A stretch of DNA of 37,077 bases, from positions 1 to 37,077 of the forward strand of contig CAYWTD010000001.1 of assembly GCA_964461185.1 (NCBI GenBank). Direction: 5' to 3'. The position numbers and the translations under genes were made by a program. The notes below the pieces were generated by a model that saw nothing but the letters and a program-made list of their open reading frames with translations, did no database searches and was not told the origin of the DNA. This DNA comes from an uncultured Candidatus Saccharibacteria bacterium (GTDB lineage: Bacteria > Patescibacteriota > Minisyncoccia > Phycocordibacterales > JAACPR01). This document shows, piece after piece, positions 8,985 through 17,933 of this stretch (position 1 is the stretch's first letter; each line of letters starts with the position of its first letter).

Positions 8985-10127
8985 TTAAATTATCACCCTT
9001 TCCAAATTTGGCCAAACACGAGTTGTGATTTCATAATTAATCGTACCGATTCTATTTGCCAAATCTTCAGCCGTGATTTCATTATTTCCCTGTTTACCCA
9101 ACAGAACAACTTCAGTTTCAATTATTTCCTCCAAAGAATATTTCTTGGTCAATTTTGTAACATCCACAACAAACATATTCATAGCCACGCGACCAACAAG
9201 CGGACATTTTTCACCAAAAATCAAAACCTCCGAATTGTTAGAAAATCCACGATCATAACCATCACTGTATCCTTGAGGAATAATTGCAATCGTTGTCGGT
9301 TCTTTTGTAATAAAAGTGCAACCATATCCGATTGGAAAATTTTTTGGAACTTTTTTTACTTGAACTATTTTTGAAACCCAACGCATCACCGGTTTCAACG
9401 TGATATTTTTTGAATATCTATTTTTCAAACCTTCTGACGGCCAAAGACCGTAAAGACCAATTCCAAAACGCACAATTTGTCCTCCCCAATTACTTTTTTG
9501 ATCGGTCAAAAATCCCGAAGTGGCAGAAATGTGATGATAAATATCTTTAAAACCAGCTCTTTTTGCAATTTCTTTTACTTCTAACAAATTTTCATGTTGA
9601 ATTTTTGCCTGAGATAAATCACTTACATCTTCAATGTTTGAAAAATGAGAGTAAACCGCCTCAACTAAAATATTTTTATATTTTTTTAACTCTTCAAAAA
9701 ACCCTTCAGCAGTTTCTTTCAAAATTCCCTGCCGGCCAAGAAAAGCGTCGACTTTGACATGGACACGTGCAATTTTATTTTTATTTTTTGCAATTAAATT
9801 TAATGTCTCGACAATATGTAAATCATAAACACCGAGTGTCGCTCCGAGATCAACAAATTCGTTTATTTCGCTTTCATCTACAAACCCAAAAACCAAAACT
9901 GGTTTTCTGGTGTATTTTCTGATTTCCTTTAATTCAGCGAAATCGTCAACTTGTAAATAATCGACATAATTTTCAATAATAGAAACAATTTCTTTCATAC
10001 CGTGACCATAGGCATTGGCTTTGACCACACCAGCGATTTTGTTATCAACTGGCAAAATGTTCCGAATTTCCCGGATATTTGAAAGTAAATTTTCTTTTGA
10101 GATTTGAATTTTTGCCGCCGAACTCAT
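8985..10127 (-). CDS. alr: alanine racemase
   Basis: 380 aa. PLP-lysine motif VVKANAYGHG. The C-terminal beta domain has GYGCTF...IPQGYSDGY...GRVAMNMFVVDV. Confidence 0.9.
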   Translation of the reverse strand: MSSAAKIQISKENLLSNIREIRNILPVDNKIAGVVKANAYGHGMKEIVSIIENYVDYLQVDDFAELKEIRKYTRKPVLVFGFVDESEINEFVDLGATLGVYDLHIVETLNLIAKNKNKIARVHVKVDAFLGRQGILKETAEGFFEELKKYKNILVEAVYSHFSNIEDVSDLSQAKIQHENLLEVKEIAKRAGFKDIYHHISATSGFLTDQKSNWGGQIVRFGIGLYGLWPSEGLKNRYSKNITLKPVMRWVSKIVQVKKVPKNFPIGYGCTFITKEPTTIAIIPQGYSDGYDRGFSNNSEVLIFGEKCPLVGRVAMNMFVVDVTKLTKKYSLEEIIETEVVLLGKQGNNEITAEDLANRIGTINYEITTRVWPNLERVII

Positions 10128-10199
10128 TCATAAGATATTAGCACACGATTAAGAAAAATACATTTGTAAAATAAATTAACTGTTTGAATAACTTAATAA

Positions 10200-11498
10200 T
10201 TAATCAATAACCAAACTCAAACCATCTCCCTCGTTATATAAATCTGATATTTCACCGGCAGATAATGCTCTGTTCCAAATAGCCACTTCATCAATAAAAC
10301 CCTTAATATAAGTGGTGGTATTGTAATGTTTTCCAATTATTAATGCGGCATTATTTGTTGGTACACCGGAACCGTTCGCCCTATTATTTTCGAGGCCATT
10401 AACATATAGTGTTTGTCCCGAACCATTATAGACAAGAACTACGTGATACCATGAACCCTTTGTAGGAGATGACGAATACCCTGGCGTTCCCCAGCCCCAA
10501 TTACTTGTACCACCATAAAATTTACAATCTGAACCACTGGCCCACAGAGCATAACCGGTGTAGTCTGTATTTTTTCCAACTATTAAGGGACATGAGCTGG
10601 CACTGCAATTAAAACCAATATCATAATTAACCCACGCCTGTAAAGTAAAGCTACCAGAAATATTTAACGACGACGAGTGTGGTACTGAAATGTAATCACC
10701 CACACCATCAAGATACAGTGCCTTTCCACCAACTTTATAGTTAGAACTAGACACTAAAGCATTTCCAAAGGTAGATCCGTTATTAGTGCCAATATTCGAA
10801 TAATCATTCATATTAACATCAAAAGGCCAGTAACCAGCAAGCCCACTTCTCAAGGCCGCCACAATCTCAGCTTCTGTTGGGGCCTCACTATCATCCTCTT
10901 CCGAATCACAGTTAGCATCAAGCAGATCAGTATCTCCATCACTATCATTATCTTCTCCATCACTACACTCTGGCAGTTCTCCACCCTCTTCTGTTTCAGC
11001 AGCAGTAACTACATAAGTGTTATTTCCAATGACCACAGGGTCAAGACCTTGTTCAATACTATTTGGAGCACCGAAAGACAGTTTAGAAGTACCTTCTAGT
11101 GCCATAACATAGTTTCCACCAGCAGGATTTGCAGGTAGAGCAGAAATATAGGTTGGAGCTAAGGCAGAGAGGTTAACACAAGTAACATCATCAACTTCTC
11201 CACCTGTACCACAGATTTCCCAAGCCTTATTACCATCTGGGTCACCTCCTTGATTAAGGGGGTCATCCCAAGGATATTCTAAATTATCTATGTAGTATTG
11301 TTGAATAGCTTTGTATATTTGATTCAAATCACTCGCTCTTTGAGCATTTCTCGCTTGTGCTAATTGACGAGCTGGGTTTATGGCGACGATGACTATTGCT
11401 GCCAATATAGCAACGATGGCAATCACCAACAACATTTCTAGGAGAGTGAAACCTGCCTTTTTTGATGATTTAGAACTTGGATTAATAAAAGATCTCAT
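10200..11498 (-). CDS. type IV pilin-like protein fused to a LamG/concanavalin-type lectin domain
   Basis: 432 aa. Prepilin cleavage/methylation motif KKAGFTLLEMLLVIAIVAILAAIV. Acidic Cys-containing linker ECSDGEDNDSDGDTDLLDANCDSEEDDSE. C-terminal LamG-like region has LYLDGVGDYISVP...FTLQAWV...IDEVAIWNRALSAGEISDLY. Confidence 0.8.
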   Translation of the reverse strand: MRSFINPSSKSSKKAGFTLLEMLLVIAIVAILAAIVIVAINPARQLAQARNAQRASDLNQIYKAIQQYYIDNLEYPWDDPLNQGGDPDGNKAWEICGTGGEVDDVTCVNLSALAPTYISALPANPAGGNYVMALEGTSKLSFGAPNSIEQGLDPVVIGNNTYVVTAAETEEGGELPECSDGEDNDSDGDTDLLDANCDSEEDDSEAPTEAEIVAALRSGLAGYWPFDVNMNDYSNIGTNNGSTFGNALVSSSNYKVGGKALYLDGVGDYISVPHSSSLNISGSFTLQAWVNYDIGFNCSASSCPLIVGKNTDYTGYALWASGSDCKFYGGTSNWGWGTPGYSSSPTKGSWYHVVLVYNGSGQTLYVNGLENNRANGSGVPTNNAALIIGKHYNTTTYIKGFIDEVAIWNRALSAGEISDLYNEGDGLSLVID

Positions 11499-11538
11499 GG
11501 TTTATAAATGATTAAAATAATTAATAATATATAGAGAA

Positions 11539-11567
11539 ATTATAATAAAAATGGGCGGGGGGGGCAA
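11539..11567 (-). promoter_or_regulatory. sigma70-like promoter of the pilin-LamG gene with a C8 tract spanning the -35/spacer
   Basis: Minus strand reads TTGCCC-CCCCCGCCCATTTTTAT(17)-TATAAT. The -10 is at 11544..11539 and the -35 at 11567..11562. The G8 run on the plus strand is at 11557-11564. The ATG lies 40 nt downstream. Confidence 0.45.
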
Positions 11568-11666
11568 ATGAGGTGTGTTAATAATTAAAATCTATAATAC
11601 ATAATTTATAGAGAGATCATAACAAAAAAATATAAACTGTGCGCGATCCAGAAAATGAAATTATTT

Positions 11667-12485
11667 TTAATATAAATCAACCTTTTTAACCTCAATTTTT
11701 CGGCCGATCAATTTTCCGCCGATTTTCTGGAATTTTTCTGTTAAATCTGTAGTAAAAAACTGTCGTTCTGATTTTCTGTCCAGAGTCTTTTCAATTTCTG
11801 GATGACGATGTAAATAATCAACTAATTTTTTGGCCACAATTTCCCCCTCGCTAATAATCGTGATTTTTCTACCAGATTTTTTAATTAAGTTTTCAATATT
11901 TTTCTTTAGAATTCCATAATGTGTACAACCCAAAATCAAAGTATCAATATTTTTTGCCAAAAGAGGTTTCAAATAATTTTCTAGGGCCAAATCAATAATT
12001 TTTTTGTTTTTTTCGTCAGATTCAACAATTGGAACAAGTAGCGGACACGCTCTGGCGAAAGTTTTTATTTTTGAATCTTTCTTTGCTAATTCGTTAGAAA
12101 AAGCACCCGAACGAACAGTACTCTCTGTTCCAATAACACCTATTTTTTTATTTTTTGATTTTTCTGTCGCCTCTTCAATCGCTGGAATAATTACACCCAA
12201 AACCCGTCTACCTGGATATTTTTTTACCAAATATTCTTGCTGAATTTTTCGCAGTGCTTCTGCCGATGCGGTATTACAAGCCAAAATAATCAGCTGACAT
12301 TTCTTATCAAATAGAAAATCAATGGCCTCTGTCACATATTGATAAATCGTTTCCTGCGAACGTGAACCATACGGGGTCCTCGCATTATCGCCCAAATAGA
12401 TAAAATCATATTTTGGCAAAGTTTTTTCGATATGACGAAATATATCAAGTCCACCGAAGCCAGAATCAAATATTCCAATTTTCAT
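11667..12485 (-). CDS. murI: glutamate racemase
   Basis: MKIGIFDSGFGGL, LACNTASA and LGCTHY motifs. The start is set at ATG 12485 because the longer track ORF (to 12563) would overlap the divergent nadK start. Confidence 0.9.
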   Translation of the reverse strand: MKIGIFDSGFGGLDIFRHIEKTLPKYDFIYLGDNARTPYGSRSQETIYQYVTEAIDFLFDKKCQLIILACNTASAEALRKIQQEYLVKKYPGRRVLGVIIPAIEEATEKSKNKKIGVIGTESTVRSGAFSNELAKKDSKIKTFARACPLLVPIVESDEKNKKIIDLALENYLKPLLAKNIDTLILGCTHYGILKKNIENLIKKSGRKITIISEGEIVAKKLVDYLHRHPEIEKTLDRKSERQFFTTDLTEKFQKIGGKLIGRKIEVKKVDLY

Positions 12486-12552
12486 GGAGACAGTATAGCA
12501 AAAATTATATTCGATTGTCCTCTGCAACAAACCACGATAAAATGAGTTCGTT

Positions 12553-13230
12553 ATGAAAGCCATTTTATTTGGAAGAGAAAGTACTGATATAAAAGATCTT
12601 GCTATTAAAAAAGGAATTGAAATTGTTGCTGAAAATCCTGATTTTATTATAAGTTACGGTGGAGATGGAACACTAATTATGTCCGAATCCCTTTTTCCTT
12701 CTATTCCAAAAATAATTTTACGAAATAGCACAGTTTGTAAATTGTGTTCAAGTTTAGAGAATGAAACAATTTTAGATAATTTAATTTCCAAAAAATATTC
12801 TATAAAAGAAATTGAAAAATTAGAGGTTTCTGTTGGCGATGAAAAAATGTTGGCCATTAACGACATTATCATCCACAACAAAAATCCGCGTCACGCGATT
12901 AGATACAAAGTTGAAATAGATGGAAAACAAATTCCGCCTCGCGAAATAATCGGTGATGGATTAATCATTGCCACGCCTTTTGGCTCAAGCGGTTATTATC
13001 GCAGTATCACCGATGGGATTTTTAATGTTGGAATTGGAATTGCGTTTAATAACAGCACCGAGCAATCAGATCATATGGTTATTCGTGCAGATTCAATAAT
13101 AAAAATTACTATTACTCGTGGTCCAGCTTTGATTTTTGCAGATAATCAAGAAAAAGAAATAGAAGCAAAAACTGGTGATGAAATTGTTATAAGAAAATCA
13201 GAAAATTCCGCAAAAATATTAAAGTTTTAA
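12553..13230 (+). CDS. nadK: NAD(+) kinase
   Basis: 225 aa with the GGDGT motif (IISYGGDGTLIMS). Also has NDIIIH... and ATPFGSSGYYRS, which are typical of PpnK/NadK. Confidence 0.85.
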   Translation: MKAILFGRESTDIKDLAIKKGIEIVAENPDFIISYGGDGTLIMSESLFPSIPKIILRNSTVCKLCSSLENETILDNLISKKYSIKEIEKLEVSVGDEKMLAINDIIIHNKNPRHAIRYKVEIDGKQIPPREIIGDGLIIATPFGSSGYYRSITDGIFNVGIGIAFNNSTEQSDHMVIRADSIIKITITRGPALIFADNQEKEIEAKTGDEIVIRKSENSAKILKF

Positions 13231-13234
13231 TAAA

Positions 13235-13633
13235 TTACTCTCTTTTAATAGAAGAAATATTTATAGGATTTATAGAATCTAAATGAATATTCAGTCCGGC
13301 ATATGTTTCATCGGATAAAATTTCTACAAAAATCTCTCTTTGCGTTTCGTCGACATAGACAACTTCGTACGAACATTCTCTATCATCCAAATAAACACTA
13401 TCAGTCCCAACAAATAAATTATTATTTTTTATCTCAAGCAGAGCCATTTCAGTGCAAGCATCAAGTAAAAATTCTTTTTTTGTATTAGTGCTTTCTCTCT
13501 GACTTTTAACAACAGAAAATAGTCCGTCCATCGATATCAAAGCCGCAAAAGACAACAATACGCCGCCAATAATTATGACAACAATCAATGTTGAGAAACC
13601 TTTTTCGTTTTTTATAAAATTTATTTTTTTCAT
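13235..13633 (-). CDS. pseudopilin/minor pilin-like protein
   Basis: 132 aa. N-terminal KGFSTLIVVIIIGGVLL is a degenerate prepilin-type hydrophobic helix. Its start overlaps the upstream gene's stop by 4 nt (13630-13633). Confidence 0.55.
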   Translation of the reverse strand: MKKINFIKNEKGFSTLIVVIIIGGVLLSFAALISMDGLFSVVKSQRESTNTKKEFLLDACTEMALLEIKNNNLFVGTDSVYLDDRECSYEVVYVDETQREIFVEILSDETYAGLNIHLDSINPINISSIKRE

Positions 13634-14136
13634 TTTAATGAAGCTCCGCCCGTGAAATTAATCTCATAAACTTTTTCTGCGGTGGTTTTTGTTAGGTTAC
13701 TTATTTTAAAATTAAAGTGAATATTTCCAGCCGTTTCATCATTAGAAAAATTATAAAAAACCAAATCAGAAATTACGAAATTTTCTGAAGATAAATCAAT
13801 TTCTTGTGAAGCAACACTTTCAAACAAAATTCCTTCATTTAAGTATAAAGTTCTCTCGCCGTTAGAAAAAAACATTGTCAGACTATTTGCTGATTCAGTT
13901 TGAGTTGGTGAAATAATTGAATTGGCCTGTTTTATCTCAGAGATAATAATGTTAACAATTTGTTTCCCTTCTCTATTAATATCACTATAAATTTTATTCC
14001 TTAGTGAAAGAGTATTAACGAAACTAAAAAAAGAAAGAATTGTAACAATGAATATTCCAAAAATTGAAACATAAATTATGACCTCTAACAAAGAGTATCC
14101 TCTAGAAAATATTTTTTTGTTCTTTCTGATTTTCAT
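13630..14136 (-). CDS. pseudopilin/minor pilin-like protein
   Basis: 168 aa. N-terminal RGYSLLEVIIYVSIFGIFIV is a prepilin-type G-x-S/T-L-L-E motif. Confidence 0.65.
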   Translation of the reverse strand: MKIRKNKKIFSRGYSLLEVIIYVSIFGIFIVTILSFFSFVNTLSLRNKIYSDINREGKQIVNIIISEIKQANSIISPTQTESANSLTMFFSNGERTLYLNEGILFESVASQEIDLSSENFVISDLVFYNFSNDETAGNIHFNFKISNLTKTTAEKVYEINFTGGASLK

Positions 14137-14138
14137 AA

Positions 14139-14597
14139 TTAAATTTCTGGATCAATTTCACCGCGCCAATTTGTCAGATAAGTTTGCGCGGAAAATATAT
14201 TTTCATCGGAAACAGAATCGGACCAAGTAATTGTGACAAAAATAAATTTCTGGTCATTATTAAAATCAGCTATTTGTACGCTTCTTTCAAAAAATCCAAC
14301 TTCGTCGGGCGAATCAGCCAAAGCCCATTTGCCAGCATTTGCCGACAAACCAAATTCTCCATTATTCAAACCAGAAAAATCTGCGTCTCTAATATTTTTT
14401 ACAATCTCTAAAGATTCATTCGCCAAAATGCCGGCTTGGTCAATATTTGCAGAATGGATAATTTGTTTAAAGGAATAATTTGCAATATTTAAAACTGTAA
14501 CAACAAAAATCATAAACAACGAAATTGAAATAATAATTTCTAAAATCGAAAAACCTGTTTTATTTCTTTTTAAACTTTTATTATTGTTTATCATCAC
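14139..14597 (-). CDS. pseudopilin/minor pilin-like protein
   Basis: 152 aa. N-terminal KTGFSILEIIISISLFMIF. The track start is GTG at 14597. The next codon, ATG at 14594, is an alternative start. Confidence 0.65.
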   Translation of the reverse strand: MMINNNKSLKRNKTGFSILEIIISISLFMIFVVTVLNIANYSFKQIIHSANIDQAGILANESLEIVKNIRDADFSGLNNGEFGLSANAGKWALADSPDEVGFFERSVQIADFNNDQKFIFVTITWSDSVSDENIFSAQTYLTNWRGEIDPEI

Positions 14598-14603
14598 TTG
14601 GAT

Positions 14604-14684
14604 TTAGAACCTTACCTGAAAATAGAGTGTCGTGATTCCGATGAACAATGCAAAAAGAACAAAAGCAATAAATAATTTATTCAT
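14604..14684 (-). CDS. possible 26-aa hydrophobic peptide upstream of the pseudopilin operon
   Basis: Hand translation gives MNKLFIAFVLFALFIGITTLYFQVRF*. It is below the track cutoff and has no other support. Confidence 0.2.
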   Translation of the reverse strand: MNKLFIAFVLFALFIGITTLYFQVRF

Positions 14685-14709
14685 ACTCCTAATTATATAT
14701 GAGAAAAGA

Positions 14710-15798
14710 TTAAAAAACCAAGCCTAGATTTATTTGCTTTAATAAATATTCCAGAGATATATAGTTTTTTGGTTCAATAATGTTTATCCCCGTATTTTTT
14801 ACAATATTTGCGCTTGTATTAATTATGAAAGTGCCCTCTTCACTGTTAAGAACACTGGCGTAATCAACCCTTTCAATTTCGCTTTTCTTGTTAATATAAT
14901 AAGAGATATCAAAATAACCATCAATTTCATTCGCAAAATCTGTATTGTCATCAATCACATCAGAAAACCCTGCCCATTCTGGTATTTCGTTACCAAGTTC
15001 CTTGATCGAAGACATAAAAGCCACAGTAAAATCTTTTAGATCGTATTTATATGAAATTTTTAATCCAATATTTGTTTTTTCACGTTTGACAATTGGTTTT
15101 GCATCTTCAACAATAACCGCGATTATTTTTTCTTCAACAATTTTTTTCTGCTCTGCAGTAAGTTCAATTTTTTCTTGATTGGGTAAATTAATAAACGCAG
15201 CTGAATTAACAATAAAATCATTACTAATTTTTATCCATGTGTTCAATCTATTTGCAGGAACAAACATTGCAACCATGCTTGGTAGTTTATTTATCTTGGC
15301 GAAAAAATCAGAACCAATAGAAATTGTCTCAAGATTTACAGAAAAATCACATTTGTTGATTTGATTTAAACCCGGATTTGACTGTGGCATGCCTAAAAAC
15401 ACCGGTGAAAAATCTATATCACCAATTGATAAGTGAGTATTAAAAGTATTGTTATCTTTCATTTCTCCAATATCAAATTTCACAGGTATAGTTATTTCGA
15501 ATTCTCCAACATTTACCTGATTAACGTCCGGCTTTGCCTCAATGTTTACTGTAGCATCGACGGTAAACTGACCTTCACTAAGAATTTTTTGAGTATTAAC
15601 ATAGGCGGTTTTTGTAACATCCACATTGCTCTTCAAAAGAAAAGGATTAAAAAATGTTGCGTAGGCGAAAAACCCTCCACCTAAAATTATAATGGCCGCT
15701 AATAATATAACTGCAACTAAAAATTTCTTTGATCCACCTTTCTCCACGACGACAGGCTCTTCATTAATAATTACTTGATTATTATTTTGTTCATCCAT
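14710..15798 (-). CDS. hypothetical membrane-anchored protein
   Basis: The track ORF starts at TTG 15819. The ATG at 15798 (MDEQNNNQ...) lies 9 nt after a TATAAT box (15813..15808), so that start is preferred. One TM segment (FLVAVILLAAIIILGGGFFAYA) precedes a large extracytoplasmic part. Confidence 0.6.
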   Translation of the reverse strand: MDEQNNNQVIINEEPVVVEKGGSKKFLVAVILLAAIIILGGGFFAYATFFNPFLLKSNVDVTKTAYVNTQKILSEGQFTVDATVNIEAKPDVNQVNVGEFEITIPVKFDIGEMKDNNTFNTHLSIGDIDFSPVFLGMPQSNPGLNQINKCDFSVNLETISIGSDFFAKINKLPSMVAMFVPANRLNTWIKISNDFIVNSAAFINLPNQEKIELTAEQKKIVEEKIIAVIVEDAKPIVKREKTNIGLKISYKYDLKDFTVAFMSSIKELGNEIPEWAGFSDVIDDNTDFANEIDGYFDISYYINKKSEIERVDYASVLNSEEGTFIINTSANIVKNTGINIIEPKNYISLEYLLKQINLGLVF

Positions 15799-15868
15799 AA
15801 TCAAAATATTATATAACAATAGTTATTTAAATAATACTATGGAACAAAAGTTACCGCGCAAAAAAAGA

Positions 15869-16033
15869 TTATTTTACTTTCCTAGACGAAACGGTTTTTC
15901 CTATAAATAAACCTACTAGGAAAATAATTGCTCCGATTACAGCAAACAAATAAATTTTGTCTTGATTAAAGAAGTTGCTCAAAAAATTATTCTTTCCGGC
16001 GGCTTCGTTATTATTGTCATCCTCAACTGTCAT
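15869..16033 (-). CDS. possible small (54 aa) single-TM protein at the distal edge of the repeat array
   Basis: Hand translation gives MTVEDDNNNEAAGKNNFLSNFFNQDKIYLFAVIGAIIFLVGLFIGKTVSSRKVK*. It is below the track cutoff. Confidence 0.3.
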   Translation of the reverse strand: MTVEDDNNNEAAGKNNFLSNFFNQDKIYLFAVIGAIIFLVGLFIGKTVSSRKVK

Positions 16034-16148
16034 TTTATCTGGGATACCATCTGCTTCATAAACAATTAAAGTGTGTTTATTTGGTTGTATTGGAGAAATT
16101 GTTTTAAAAATAAAAAAGCTTCATTCGGAACCGGCTCTTTATTTTAAT

Positions 16149-16177
16149 GCGCGCTTTCGTGGACGTTGTTGGAACTA
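16149..16177. repeat. 29-bp array repeat R1 (GCGCGCTTTCGTGGACGTTGTTGGAACTA, exact)
   Basis: Direct reading of the plus strand. It is one of 7 same-orientation copies. Confidence 0.95.
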
Positions 16178-16224
16178 GGATTTCAGAAACAATCACTACA
16201 TCATCTTAAAAAAGATGGTTCGAT

Positions 16225-16980
16225 CTAAAACGCAGGCATGTTCCACTGTTTCAAATCATCAATCGCTATCCTCTTATAAGAGAATTTCCCTGTACTTAAT
16301 GAATTCTTACAAACAGTAATCACTTTACCGGTCGCCATATCACTACCATCACCTTTTTGGGAAAATTTAGTACTGACCACTACCCAACCGTCTTCCATCT
16401 CCCCAGAAGATCTCTTGATTTTGACTATTAAGGGGGTTCTTTTCATAAGTTCATCCTCTAGATTTAAGGGATTTAAACGATCTTCTATATATTCTTGGGC
16501 TGCTAATTTTAATTCTGAAATATAATTTCTACCATGTCTTACCGCATCTGTAAAAGTCTTTTTTAATGGTTCAGGAATATTGTGTATCTTATCTTTAAAC
16601 TCATCAACAATCTGTCCAGTTACTTGCATATGCTCAACGATGCTTCTTAATCTAAGGACTATTTGCCGCCCGGCTTCATATCTATCTGGCTGTTCTATGG
16701 ATCCCCTATTTAAAGACTTTTCACGATATTCCGTGTAAAGAGCCAGATCATCTCCCGATAACACATCTTGTGCAACGGCATCAGAAATTTCAATACTAAT
16801 ATTTTGTAATTCATTGAAGAATTTTTGGCGAACACCATCACCCCAAGTGGCTTCTGAGTGGGTGTTTTTTATATTGCCGACCAATACGGACGATTCCTTA
16901 AAGTAGTCATCAAATGTCCCCACCATGATCTCTTCACCATTTTCAACTCTGGATTGATGCTTTGGATGTTCAATTCCCAT
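16225..16980 (-). CDS. hypothetical protein (cassette 1), no recognisable domain
   Basis: 251-aa ORF with ATG at 16980, downstream of a TTGACA-18-TAGAAT promoter. No signal peptide or TM. Confidence 0.6.
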   Translation of the reverse strand: MGIEHPKHQSRVENGEEIMVGTFDDYFKESSVLVGNIKNTHSEATWGDGVRQKFFNELQNISIEISDAVAQDVLSGDDLALYTEYREKSLNRGSIEQPDRYEAGRQIVLRLRSIVEHMQVTGQIVDEFKDKIHNIPEPLKKTFTDAVRHGRNYISELKLAAQEYIEDRLNPLNLEDELMKRTPLIVKIKRSSGEMEDGWVVVSTKFSQKGDGSDMATGKVITVCKNSLSTGKFSYKRIAIDDLKQWNMPAF

Positions 16981-17007
16981 GTTTTTTATCTAATTAATGT
17001 TACCATG

Positions 17008-17037
17008 ATTCTATCACGCACGTGGCACATCTGTCAA
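17008..17037 (-). promoter_or_regulatory. promoter of cassette 1 (TTGACA-18 nt-TGATAGAAT)
   Basis: Minus strand has TTGACA at 17037..17032. The extended -10, TGATAGAAT, ends at 17008, 27 nt before ATG 16980. Confidence 0.55.
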
Positions 17038-17061
17038 ACAAAAAATTTGTCCGTTGAAACC

Positions 17062-17092
17062 AAAAACACCCCTGTTTACAAAGGTGTTTTTA
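17062..17092 (-). terminator. hairpin terminator downstream of cassette 2 and repeat R2
   Basis: AAAACACC (17063-17070) pairs with GGTGTTTT (17083-17090), flanked by A and T runs. The shape is bidirectional. Confidence 0.5.
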
Positions 17093-17118
17093 TTGTTTGG
17101 AACATTTCTGTCCCGACT

Positions 17119-17147
17119 GCGCGCTTTCGTGGACGTTGTTGGAACTA
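17119..17147. repeat. 29-bp array repeat R2 (exact)
   Basis: Direct reading. Its terminal CTA (17145-17147) is the TAG stop of CDS 17145..17933. Confidence 0.95.
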
Positions 17148-17933
17148 TTGTCTTCCCGTGCAATGATATCCTTTGCCGCCTTCCTTGTTAAGAGTGGTTA
17201 AATCTAGAGTGACATGTTCGTCAATGCCTGCACCCAAGCCAAATCCACTATACTCAGAAAATTCCGGGCAGTTATCCTCTGTGGCCACAATGTCTGTGGG
17301 GCTCCAATAGCTAATGATATTATTCTTGATAGATAAAAATTTTGAATATGAATCATTAAAAATTTTTTTTCTTGATACAAGATCATAGACTCCAAGACCA
17401 CGTGGCGGTGGACCAGTACCAGAATCAGTTATCAAGAAATCGCCCTCAAGGGCCCTCACATATTCGGCGAATTTATTAGATAAAACAAAGTCGTTGTCAT
17501 TTTCAACATATTTGCAAGGATATTCTTGATCTATCTCTGTTTTATATTTGATCAAAATATTTGTACCCACACTGTCTACAAGATCTTCTCTAATTACAAA
17601 GTATTTATCATTGCTTACACAATCAGATTCGTATAGTCGATCATCTAGTCTGCATCTATTGAACGTTGTGTAATCGGGGGTAATATTTTGACCTCCATTT
17701 GCCATACACCATTCGAAAGCATCAATTTCTGTTTTATCAAGACGCTCTTCATCACTTATAAAAGCATTTTCCTCATGCTGATTAATATTATCTGGTTTTT
17801 GGGGAAGAAGTATACCGCCCGATCTGTTATCAAAAATGAAACCGTATTTTTTAGTTAAATAATATCCGCCGCTGATAATTAATAAACAGATAATAATAAT
17901 TAAAATTATCAGGGGCCCTTTGTTTATTTTCAT
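17145..17933 (-). CDS. hypothetical secreted or membrane-anchored protein (cassette 2)
   Basis: The track ORF begins at TTG 17939. The ATG at 17933 (MKINKGPLIILIIIICLLIISGGYYL...) lies 6 nt after TGGTAGAAT. It has an N-terminal signal anchor and several Cys residues. Confidence 0.65.
   Translation of the reverse strand: MKINKGPLIILIIIICLLIISGGYYLTKKYGFIFDNRSGGILLPQKPDNINQHEENAFISDEERLDKTEIDAFEWCMANGGQNITPDYTTFNRCRLDDRLYESDCVSNDKYFVIREDLVDSVGTNILIKYKTEIDQEYPCKYVENDNDFVLSNKFAEYVRALEGDFLITDSGTGPPPRGLGVYDLVSRKKIFNDSYSKFLSIKNNIISYWSPTDIVATEDNCPEFSEYSGFGLGAGIDEHVTLDLTTLNKEGGKGYHCTGRQ

Noticed and set aside
16190-16222. Hairpin CATCTT-AAAA-AAGATG as a terminator for cassette 1
   Set aside because: It has only a 6-bp A/T-rich stem and no U tract after it in the minus-strand direction. 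That is too weak to call.
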